DNA of 64,000 nt from Sedimentisphaerales bacterium. Its GTDB lineage: Bacteria > Planctomycetota > Phycisphaerae > Sedimentisphaerales > SM23-30. The notes under the pieces are model-generated. The model was not told the origin of the DNA and searched no databases. It was given only the letters and a program-made list of their open reading frames with translations. Location of the stretch: NCBI GenBank assembly GCA_963666285.1, contig OY762711.1. One strand, written 5' to 3'. Shown piece after piece: positions 46,669-55,479 of this stretch (positions are counted from its first letter, which is position 1; each line of letters opens with the position of its first letter). The position numbers were made by a program, and so were the translations under genes.

Positions 46669-49600
46669 TTATTTGATAATATTGTTATTGTCTTTTCGTA
46701 ATCTTTTTTCTTTACCGTGAAACATAATCTGCGGAGCATATCTTTGTTTGATAGTTTCAAATAGATTTTGTGGTAAAATTGTCATAGGATTTTCTTGGAA
46801 GTATCCAATAATATGAAGAGGGGGGCTGTCAAATTGATGATATCGCTGCAGTGCGGCAAGATTCATAGGCGGATCAAAATGCAGCATCGCATCCGGATGC
46901 TTTCCTCCCTGCGGGTTAATATAAAACGAGACTTTCAAATCTGTATCTCCCAGTGCTAATGCGCCATATTCATAACCAGTCGGATCGCTCCAGAAATTGA
47001 AATTCCTGAGATAATAATTTGGCACATTTAGAACCAATTCATCATCATTAGAATCTCCTTTAATTGAAGGTATGACGTAAAAGAAACTATCGCACAAATT
47101 CATTTTTGTATTGGATTGATTGGTTAAACTGACAAAGCGGGTATCGAACCAAGGTAAATCCGGATAGATGGCCAGACGATGTTCAACCAGAAATGCCAAC
47201 GGTTGGTCCGGAGACTTTGTTTTAGAGCCTATAGTACTTTCATTGCCACCTTTTGCACGAAGGTGAACCAGCACCCTTATTGGTCCCTGGCTGACTTTAT
47301 AATCAACAAATTTACTTGCGTGCGCCCAAAAATTTTGCCCCTGGTTTTGATGTATCATTGGATTATAGCGGCCTAATAATACACCCTGAAAATAGCAAGC
47401 ATCCACGAGATCTCCATCCGGCTCATTCTTTTGGATTCGGATCGTATTGTTATCGATTATAAAGCCATTATCAAGTTTCTGGAAATTAACAGTAGTTTGC
47501 TTTTGTGGTAAATTTGAAGCCCGGTTGACATATAAAAAATATGTACGGTTTTCGTTTGCCCTTAAATGTGATACCTCAAAGCAAATTTCATCAAATAGAT
47601 CTAATTGATTGCCAAAGCAGTCAAGCTGCCATGAAACATCCTGATCTTCATTGTTCTTTAAACAAAGTGAATCTGTAGAAACACCAGACCATTCAAAATC
47701 GGGATCAACCTCATTTAGTGTGAAACTTATGATACCGTTAGTGACTTCTTTATTTGTACTATTTGAAACGGTTATTGGGTAACGAAATACTTCAGCCGGT
47801 AGATTTTGGGGCCAGGTAGATCCTGCTTGATATTTAATTACAGAGGAATTTTTCGATAAGTCCGGGATTACTGCTTTTTGATGCATTTCATACACCTTTG
47901 GATTCAATTGAGAGGCAGTTTTAGTCAACTCTTCGTATGGTTGATCATTTTCATTGACCAAGCCATAATTACTGTCTTCTGGAAATGTCGAACTGATTCC
48001 CAATGCCGGTTCGTCAACCCACATGAAGAAATTGGACCCCACTATAAACGGTAGACTGAATAAGGTAGATTGGTATATCTCAAATGCCTGACTTCTTTGC
48101 TGTTGTGTCTGGACTCTCATTCCTGCTCCATGTGTACAAGGTAAGCCACTGTCCAGAGAAGGGAATGACCATTCGGTCAACATTAACGGACGATCGGTCC
48201 ATTGTGAAAATCTTTTCAAATCACTTAATGCTTGAGGCAGCTGACAGGTTTCAAGGTCTATGAAGGGATATTGGTTTACTGAGACAATATCGCAATAATT
48301 TCCTGCCACAATCCAGCATGGCTTGGGGGCATCGCCGGCAAATCGACAACCAAGGATCATATGATGCGGATCGATCTCACGGATTGCAGCAGTTGTTATC
48401 GCAAAATATCTGTCCGCAACCAACTCAAGAAATTCCAGTTTATCTTGGGCTAACTCACTATTATCCGCGGAATCTTTAATAGTATTGATCTGTAAAATGG
48501 CATTGAAATCAGCAAAACTGGTTCCCCAGCTTTTATTCAGATGTCGGATATCGCTATATTTTGTCTGCAGCATATCTACCAGTGCTATTTTTGCAGAATG
48601 ATCCGCATCCTTTTTCATTGCTTCGTCAAAAACACCGCCCGGACTATAGTTTTTTCCATACCATTCCAGTTCATTATCGATAAAAATACCAAATACCCAG
48701 GGATCTTTAACGTGGTCTGCAAGCATTTGTTTTGCCTTCATCTTACAAAAAGAGGCAAATCGTGGATCAAAAACATTTGGTAATCCTGTCCAGTATATTT
48801 TGGGTACGATATCGCTGATTGACGAAAACTCTGCTCCCACACCAAGCCATAATGTATGTGCCAGTCCTCGGTATCGCAGCTGTTCGCTATGACCGGCAGC
48901 TATCAGATTGAACCCCCAGTTTTGCAGACGATCGGCTGTCTGTTTGGCCCATATATCAGCTGAAGCGTATTTTTGTCTGTTTTTTTGACCATAAGGGGCA
49001 TACCATAACTTTTCGCACCAATGGCCATTAAAATTGCAGTGATCTGTCCCGATAGCATAAAACCCATTGCCATCCGGTGCTATACACCACCAGCGATTAT
49101 CCACTTTTTCCACATGAAAATAACCTGTAGACGGACGATTTATGCCGTCCCATGTTTTTATTGAAAGTGCCGGCAAGACCGTTTCTTGCGGTGGTACAGG
49201 TTGGCTGCCTTTGACCTTTACATCATCAAAGCATATTTTTACCTCATTTCCATGCAATGCAGGTCGACCTGAAGTAACAGCAATATTATTGAAAGCATAT
49301 ACCTTCCGAGCTAGTTTGTTTCCATTTATATCTGACAGAATTCCTTCTATTCCAGCAGGTGTCATAATAATGCGTAAACGATAAGGCTGATTATACTGCC
49401 AGTCATAATCCATATGTTCCGATGCTGTCACGGTAAGATTTTCCTGTGCCAGCCACACATTATCACGTTTTTCGGATAGTTCTAAAAAATGCCTGTTATC
49501 TTTGTCTGAAGGTGATTCTACCAACGCAAAATGCCAGAAATTCTGTGGATTATTATAAATTGCAACCCCTGCAATCCGCCAGTTATCCAGCTGGGAATGG

Positions 49601-49911
49601 CTAAGCACCGTAACGATAGCTTCTATCTCTATGTTCCGGCAGATTTTAAGTCCGTCGGCGACGCTAAATGAATCGATTAAACCGCCAGACAGGTAGCTCC
49701 CATGTTTCATTGTCCAATCAACCGATCCGGCAGACCAGCGAGGATCGCCCAGAGAACCATCTGCATAAGATGAGAAATCATCGGCCCATTCGTATTCTTG
49801 TGCCCTCGATATGCCTATACATGAAATTAAGTAGAGCGTTATAATCAATATAATATGGCGGTTAAAAATATGAATTAACAGTGATTTATTATTTAAATTT
49901 ATATACAACAT
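46669..49911 (-). CDS. Secreted GH50/GH42-like clan GH-A hydrolase with extra N- and C-terminal domains
   Basis: GYFHVEKVDNRWW..PDG, RLQNWGFN, PNVFDP, FIDNELEW, LN..WGT.F, DPHHMILGCRF, PLMLTEWS, EDSNYGLV. ATG 49911 follows AGGA. Confidence 0.8.
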   Translation of the reverse strand: MLYINLNNKSLLIHIFNRHIILIITLYLISCIGISRAQEYEWADDFSSYADGSLGDPRWSAGSVDWTMKHGSYLSGGLIDSFSVADGLKICRNIEIEAIVTVLSHSQLDNWRIAGVAIYNNPQNFWHFALVESPSDKDNRHFLELSEKRDNVWLAQENLTVTASEHMDYDWQYNQPYRLRIIMTPAGIEGILSDINGNKLARKVYAFNNIAVTSGRPALHGNEVKICFDDVKVKGSQPVPPQETVLPALSIKTWDGINRPSTGYFHVEKVDNRWWCIAPDGNGFYAIGTDHCNFNGHWCEKLWYAPYGQKNRQKYASADIWAKQTADRLQNWGFNLIAAGHSEQLRYRGLAHTLWLGVGAEFSSISDIVPKIYWTGLPNVFDPRFASFCKMKAKQMLADHVKDPWVFGIFIDNELEWYGKNYSPGGVFDEAMKKDADHSAKIALVDMLQTKYSDIRHLNKSWGTSFADFNAILQINTIKDSADNSELAQDKLEFLELVADRYFAITTAAIREIDPHHMILGCRFAGDAPKPCWIVAGNYCDIVSVNQYPFIDLETCQLPQALSDLKRFSQWTDRPLMLTEWSFPSLDSGLPCTHGAGMRVQTQQQRSQAFEIYQSTLFSLPFIVGSNFFMWVDEPALGISSTFPEDSNYGLVNENDQPYEELTKTASQLNPKVYEMHQKAVIPDLSKNSSVIKYQAGSTWPQNLPAEVFRYPITVSNSTNKEVTNGIISFTLNEVDPDFEWSGVSTDSLCLKNNEDQDVSWQLDCFGNQLDLFDEICFEVSHLRANENRTYFLYVNRASNLPQKQTTVNFQKLDNGFIIDNNTIRIQKNEPDGDLVDACYFQGVLLGRYNPMIHQNQGQNFWAHASKFVDYKVSQGPIRVLVHLRAKGGNESTIGSKTKSPDQPLAFLVEHRLAIYPDLPWFDTRFVSLTNQSNTKMNLCDSFFYVIPSIKGDSNDDELVLNVPNYYLRNFNFWSDPTGYEYGALALGDTDLKVSFYINPQGGKHPDAMLHFDPPMNLAALQRYHQFDSPPLHIIGYFQENPMTILPQNLFETIKQRYAPQIMFHGKEKRLRKDNNNIIK

Positions 49912-50239
49912 GCTTTTCCTATAGTAATAAATTATTTGAATAATAAAGGAGCTATGCAAAGATATGCATATTTGTTTTTATCATGTTAATGGCTAAAACA
50001 TAAGATTGACTCCTTAAAAATCTTTTTACTATTGTACATAATTGCTCTCTTTAGAGCTAAGAAAAAACGATGGCATAGTGATCATTGATTATGTGTCATT
50101 TTAGCGGTTCGATAGCATCTGGCAGATAGTTATGATAAATATAGGAGAGAATATATATGAAGTTATATATAATGGTATGATAAAAGAGGTAGAACATTAG
50201 GCTAAAATATGTAAAATATATACATAGTTTTTATATTTA

Positions 50240-50399
50240 GGCAACCTCAGAAAATTCATTTTGAGCGACTAGTTTTTCTTTTGCCTGCTGACATGCGTCA
50301 CATATAACAGTGAATATAGCCAATATGCACGATTTTATGTTCCTTGTCAGCAACCAAAATCTTAAACTATCGCATCAAAAGCAATTTCCGGAGGTCACC
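50240..50399 (+). mobile_element. Palindromic MITE, copy E, 23 bp upstream of the GH106-like gene
   Basis: TTTA-GGCAACCTCAGAAAATT...AATTTCCGGAGGTCACC-TTAA; nearly identical to copy D. Confidence 0.85.
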
Positions 50400-50422
50400 T
50401 TAATTATACTGGATATAGAATT

Positions 50423-52555
50423 ATGAGAAAAAAACTAATACTTACTGTTCTTTTTCTTGCAAATACTGCTATTTTAGCTCAAAGCAGGCAAGATCTTTAT
50501 GAAATTTGGCAGAATCCTCCTTTAGAATATCGTATGAACAAAAATATCCATCATCTGCCTTCTGATCAACAAGGTCAAAATGCTCTTATCGAGAATACGC
50601 TGGCTAATGGCTGGGGAGGATTTTCATTGAATGTGTCTTTCAGCCACTATCTGACAGATAATGGGATGAAGACCGTCAGGCAGTTTTGTGAATCGGCTAA
50701 AGCAAAGGGTATGGATCTGTGGTTGTATGATGAGCAGGGTTATCCATCGGGAAGTGCCGGAGGGCGAGTTCTGAAGCAGAATATTGCACTGGAAAGTATG
50801 GGTATTTTTTTTACTGATGCTGTTGTCTCTGGTGGACTAAGTGAATTCAAGGTGCCTCCTGGCCGGCCTATTCAGATATCAGCTTTTCCAATTATAAATG
50901 GTGAAGCTGATTATACCAGATCGGTAAATTTATCTGATTATTATGATGGCTCGCAAGTTCATTGGGATGCACCCGAAGGAAAATGGAAATTATTTGCGGC
51001 AACTAAGAATAGCCTGTATAAGGGGTTTCAGGCTGATAGAAATTCCTACCCTTATCCATCATTGCTGATACCAGAAGTAACCGAAATCTTTCTTGATACC
51101 ACCCATAATAAATATGCCGAATATCTTGGCAATAATCTCGGCAGATATTTTACCTCAACATTTACAGATGAGCCATCAACTATGGCGATGCAGTTTCATA
51201 GCTATAGCGAGAAACATGCTGTAATACCATGGCAAGAAGTGTTATCGTCTGAAATGGCAACAAGATATGGTTATCGACCTGAAGACAGACTGGTTGAATT
51301 GTTTTATTATGATGGTTCGGCAGGTCAGCAGGTTAGGTATCAATACTTTAAGACAGTCGGAGATTTGATATCGGAAAACTACTTTGGAAAAATTAAAATA
51401 TGGTGTGAGGAGCATAATTTCCTGTCAGGTGGGCATTTACTGTTAGAGGAAACTATGCTAGCCCATGTACCTTTGTATGGTAATATAATGCAATGTTTTC
51501 GGCAAATGAATGCACCTGGAATTGATATTTTAAGTTGTTATCCTGAAAATTTCCCGGTACATTCACCAAAGCTTGCTTCCAGTGCAGCAGAACTGGAAGG
51601 TCAGAGTCGGGTTATGAGTGAACCTTGCCCGGTGGCTGATGGAGATAGCGAGCCACCTATGGAGTCGTTAAGAGGTTTCGTCAATATGCTTTTACTGGAA
51701 GGGGTAACAGATTTTAATTGCTATCTGAAGTTAAATGGATTGACTCAAGAAGAGCAAATAGAGTTTAATAAGTATGTTGGCAGAATTGGAATGCTGTTAA
51801 GGGGAGGGTATACCTCTGCTGATATTGGTGTGGTGTATCCTATCGAGTCTCTATGGACAAAATATAAGCCGGGATACCAGAAGGTTTCCGGGTGGAAACA
51901 TGTAATTGGAGCATCAGAGGAAGCAAATTCAATTGACAAGGCATTTAAGGATGTTTCCCGGTTTATGTATGATTATCGTTGGGAGTATATGCATTTAGAC
52001 TCTCAGGCTATTATTGATAGCATCGTTGATAATGGAAATTTAACTCATGGGAATCATCAGTTTAAGGTGATTGTATTGCCAGCCGTTGATACCTTACCGA
52101 TTGAAGCATGGAAGCGTCTATTGAGATTTGCGCAACAAGGAGGAAAATTAATCTTCCTTGAAGCAGTTCCATGTAATTCAGAGATTGCTTTTCCTGACAC
52201 TTATGTTCAGGCTGAGTTTGCCAGGATGATAAAAGAGAATAAAAATGTTCTATTTATGAAGGAATGGGCTTCAGAGGGGCTGGACAATATTATTAGTAAA
52301 TGGGTAAGAGCAAAAGTACTGGTTGAAGAAAAAAAATTGCCATTAAGGCTGGCCCATAAAAAAGTCGGCAGTGATGATGTTTTCTTTTTGATTAATGATT
52401 CACACGAAACTATTAGAACTAATATTGAATTTAATATTAAAGGTCGGGTTGAACAATGGGACCCTGAAAGTGGAAAAGTGTCAGTAATTTCTGGTATGGA
52501 AGAGATATTACTAATGCCATACCATGGAAAAGTGTATATGGTTAATACAAAATAG
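50423..52555 (+). CDS. Secreted GH106-like (alpha-L-rhamnosidase-type) glycoside hydrolase
   Basis: NPPLEYR, LWLYDEQGYPSGSAGG, THNKY, FTDEP, WCEEH...GH...EE, PGID, KLASS, VMSE, EQWDPESG. Confidence 0.8.
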   Translation: MRKKLILTVLFLANTAILAQSRQDLYEIWQNPPLEYRMNKNIHHLPSDQQGQNALIENTLANGWGGFSLNVSFSHYLTDNGMKTVRQFCESAKAKGMDLWLYDEQGYPSGSAGGRVLKQNIALESMGIFFTDAVVSGGLSEFKVPPGRPIQISAFPIINGEADYTRSVNLSDYYDGSQVHWDAPEGKWKLFAATKNSLYKGFQADRNSYPYPSLLIPEVTEIFLDTTHNKYAEYLGNNLGRYFTSTFTDEPSTMAMQFHSYSEKHAVIPWQEVLSSEMATRYGYRPEDRLVELFYYDGSAGQQVRYQYFKTVGDLISENYFGKIKIWCEEHNFLSGGHLLLEETMLAHVPLYGNIMQCFRQMNAPGIDILSCYPENFPVHSPKLASSAAELEGQSRVMSEPCPVADGDSEPPMESLRGFVNMLLLEGVTDFNCYLKLNGLTQEEQIEFNKYVGRIGMLLRGGYTSADIGVVYPIESLWTKYKPGYQKVSGWKHVIGASEEANSIDKAFKDVSRFMYDYRWEYMHLDSQAIIDSIVDNGNLTHGNHQFKVIVLPAVDTLPIEAWKRLLRFAQQGGKLIFLEAVPCNSEIAFPDTYVQAEFARMIKENKNVLFMKEWASEGLDNIISKWVRAKVLVEEKKLPLRLAHKKVGSDDVFFLINDSHETIRTNIEFNIKGRVEQWDPESGKVSVISGMEEILLMPYHGKVYMVNTK

Positions 52556-52601
52556 ATTATCCAGTGGTAATAATACAAAATACTTGATAAGGAGATTTGA
52601 T

Positions 52602-53588
52602 GTGACAAATAAAATGAAATACTTATCTGGTTTTATTGCATTATGTGTAATATTAACCTTTGCTAATATAGTTTTTGCTCAGAAGATTCCGGTAATTTAT
52701 GATTCTGATATTGGAGATGATATAGATGATACCTGGGCGATAAGTTTTGTGTTAAGATGTCCGGAACTAGATCTGAAACTTGTTGTTGGTGACCAGGGAA
52801 AGAATATCTATAGAGCTAAACTATTTGCCAAAATACTTGAAAATGCGGGCAGGTCAGATGTGCCTATTGGTATTGGTAAAGACCTTGATAACGGCCAGAG
52901 CGGAAATCAATCTGAATGGCTTGGCGATTATGACCTGAAGTCTTACTCGGGTAAAGTTTATGATGATGGAGTGCAGGCTATTATTGATACTATTATGAAA
53001 AGTGAAAAGCAAGTGACTCTCATCTGTGTTGGGCCGGTTCCAAATATAGCAGAAGCATTGAAAAGAAAGCCTGAAATTGCTCAAAAAGCCAGGTTTGTAG
53101 GCATGTATGGCAGTGTATATGTTGGTTATGACCGTACCGATAAGCTGAGTGCAGAATATAATGTTTATGCTGACATAAAATCATGCCAGTCTGTATTGTC
53201 GGCAGATTGGGATATAACCATAACTCCGGTCGATACATGCGGGATTGTCAAGCTGGTGGGAGAAAAGTACAAAAAAATGGCGAATTCTAACGATCCTGTT
53301 GCAAAAGCAGTTATGGAGAACTATAAAATCTGGATAGAACATGCAGGCTGGATGAAACATGATCGCGATGCCATTAAACATAGTACCAGTCCGCTATTTG
53401 ATACCGTTGCGGTATATCTGAGCTTTGCCGAAGATTTGCTGATCATGGAAAATTTGAATATAAAAGTAGATGATGGTGGTTATACCAGGATTGATAAATC
53501 GGCAAAGAATATGAATGTTGCAGTTAAATGGAAAGATATGAGCAAGTTTGAAGATCTGCTGCTTTCGAGGTTAACGTCTGAAAAATAA
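52602..53588 (+). CDS. Nucleoside hydrolase (IU-NH family) with signal peptide
   Basis: VIYDSDIGDDIDDTWA, GP..N, MYGS, AEYNV, LFDTVAV. GTG 52602 follows AGGAG (ATG 52614 is an alternative). Confidence 0.88.
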   Translation: MTNKMKYLSGFIALCVILTFANIVFAQKIPVIYDSDIGDDIDDTWAISFVLRCPELDLKLVVGDQGKNIYRAKLFAKILENAGRSDVPIGIGKDLDNGQSGNQSEWLGDYDLKSYSGKVYDDGVQAIIDTIMKSEKQVTLICVGPVPNIAEALKRKPEIAQKARFVGMYGSVYVGYDRTDKLSAEYNVYADIKSCQSVLSADWDITITPVDTCGIVKLVGEKYKKMANSNDPVAKAVMENYKIWIEHAGWMKHDRDAIKHSTSPLFDTVAVYLSFAEDLLIMENLNIKVDDGGYTRIDKSAKNMNVAVKWKDMSKFEDLLLSRLTSEK

Positions 53589-54219
53589 GGGTTTAAGTAT
53601 GTTGGCTTGAAGATATAATGTTCCGGTTTCTGTGGAAGCTGGCAATGTGTCAGTTTTTTTGTTAATTGTCAATAATCAGCGATTTAAGGCCATCTGTTTT
53701 GCAGAATGAATGATTTGGATGCGAATATATTGTAATTCCTTAGGAATAGAGTTAGGCTGAAAGCGGATGATTTTTTTATTTATTCCGCATAGGAACGGTA
53801 ATTTGAGCAAAATAATATAAAATATATCTTAATTTTATTAGATTTTTTTAAGGAAACAAAATGTTTTAGCTCTAATATCAGATCATTTTTGTTATAAAAT
53901 CTGAAAAAGCAAGGTTTTACACGTAATAAATATTAAAGTAGCTGCCAGTTGAGTGAATAGATTGAAAAACAGCAAAAAGCTTTTGTTTTTTGCCTGAAAT
54001 GTATTATAATAAATGCATCTTATTATTTTTGTTTAAAGGCTAGGCTATTTTTTGGACTTAGTTCGTCCTGCAACTCAGCAGAATAGGTAATTTTAATTAA
54101 AAGTGAATAACAATTACTAAAAATTGTACTATATTTTGTAATTTCTGAGCATGGAGTTACATATTTGTCGTTAATCTAAAAATCAAAGACTATTATGTCT
54201 CTGTGGGGCAGTTTTTTGT

Positions 54220-54269
54220 TTGCAATTAGTTAAGTAAAAAGGTATAATGCCTTTCACTTAAAAAGTGAA
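54220..54269 (+). promoter_or_regulatory. Sigma70 promoter with overlapping palindromic operator for the PEP-CTERM operon
   Basis: TTGCAA-N17-TATAAT (54220-54248), followed by TTCACTT-AAA-AAGTGAA (54253-54269). Confidence 0.55.
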
Positions 54270-54339
54270 GAGTATTTTTAAGGTAATATGTAAAAGGAAT
54301 ATTTTGTCAATTTAGTCACAAATTGAATGGAGAAAAACG

Positions 54340-55374
54340 ATGAAGAAAGCTTTAATTATTACGCTGTTAGGCTTGGCAGCCGGTATGGCTCAAGCTGGTA
54401 GTTATTATGAGGTACATGATTGGGATACAATTCTGAATGGGAATGAGGCAACATCTCATTTTTCTGCAGTTTCTGATGGTGAAAATACTTATCACATATT
54501 GTCCTTGGGCAACCAGCCGGCAATTACAAAGGTAGATGCTGATGGTAATGCAACAACACTAGTCAGTTCTTTAGACTGGGCATTTGCAGCCGGAACTACT
54601 GCAATTACTGCCATGCAGAGCGTATCTTTATATAGAGATAAGTTAATCTTTGCAGAAACTGGAACAGATGCTGTCTGGTCTGTTGATACTAATACCGGCG
54701 CATTGTCTGTAGTAGCATCTAAAGCGAATATTGATTCATATATTGGTGGGACCGGACCTTCACTGCTAAGTGCCGCATCTTGTTATAAAGGCAATATGTA
54801 TTTCTATGAGGGCGATACTGATAGTATCTTGGTTACAAATTCAGTTGGTTACGTAGAAACATATATCACAGATACTCAGCTGGCTTCAGTTGCTGGTACA
54901 GATACCGTTTCAGGTGGTATCTCATTTGATAATTCAGGCAACCTTATATGGGGTGTATCTGAAAGTTCAAAAGGTGAATATCCTGGAGGAATATACTCAT
55001 GGAATTGCAGTGATGGTGGTTCTGTTCTTTTAACTGATGCAGAGATTGCCGCGGTTACCGGAGCTACAGGAGCAATGCAGATGGGTGATATTCTTTATGC
55101 ACCAGATGGTTTGGTTTACTTCTTTGAGAGCCGTTCAGATAGTATTTTGAGCTTTGATCTAAGCGATCCTGCGGGTACTTTGACTACAGTATTATCAGAG
55201 GCTGATTTGCTTGCTGGACCTGCTGAATATGATAATGTTTATAAGTTGAGCTGGTATGATGGTAACCTTGCTTTTAACGAGAATGGTGCCAGAGGGTATT
55301 ATGCAGTTCCAGAGCCTATGACAATGTCTTTAATAGGACTTGGTGGTTTGGCTTTGATAAGAAAAAGACGTTAA
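54340..55374 (+). CDS. PEP-CTERM protein, probable beta-propeller
   Basis: Signal peptide; repeats 'YF.E..TD(S/A)(I/V)'; C-terminal VPEPMTMSLIGLGGLALIRKRR. Confidence 0.88.
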   Translation: MKKALIITLLGLAAGMAQAGSYYEVHDWDTILNGNEATSHFSAVSDGENTYHILSLGNQPAITKVDADGNATTLVSSLDWAFAAGTTAITAMQSVSLYRDKLIFAETGTDAVWSVDTNTGALSVVASKANIDSYIGGTGPSLLSAASCYKGNMYFYEGDTDSILVTNSVGYVETYITDTQLASVAGTDTVSGGISFDNSGNLIWGVSESSKGEYPGGIYSWNCSDGGSVLLTDAEIAAVTGATGAMQMGDILYAPDGLVYFFESRSDSILSFDLSDPAGTLTTVLSEADLLAGPAEYDNVYKLSWYDGNLAFNENGARGYYAVPEPMTMSLIGLGGLALIRKRR

Positions 55375-55421
55375 AAAAGTTTTATCACAATTGAATATCA
55401 TTTTTTGAAAAAGAATTAAAA

Positions 55422-55454
55422 GAGGTCCGGCAGTTGGTGCTGCCGGGCCTTTAT
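55422..55454 (+). terminator. Hairpin/terminator after the PEP-CTERM gene
   Basis: AGGTCCGGCAG-ttggtg-CTGCCGGGCCT-TT. Confidence 0.6.
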
Positions 55455-55479
55455 GTACGTTTTCTACAGGTGAAAATTG

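Noticed and set aside
30350..50399. Repeats as a CRISPR array or integron attC sites
   Set aside because: Copies are kilobases apart with no repeat-spacer periodicity, no cas or integrase gene, and no RYYYAAC/GTTRRRY ends.
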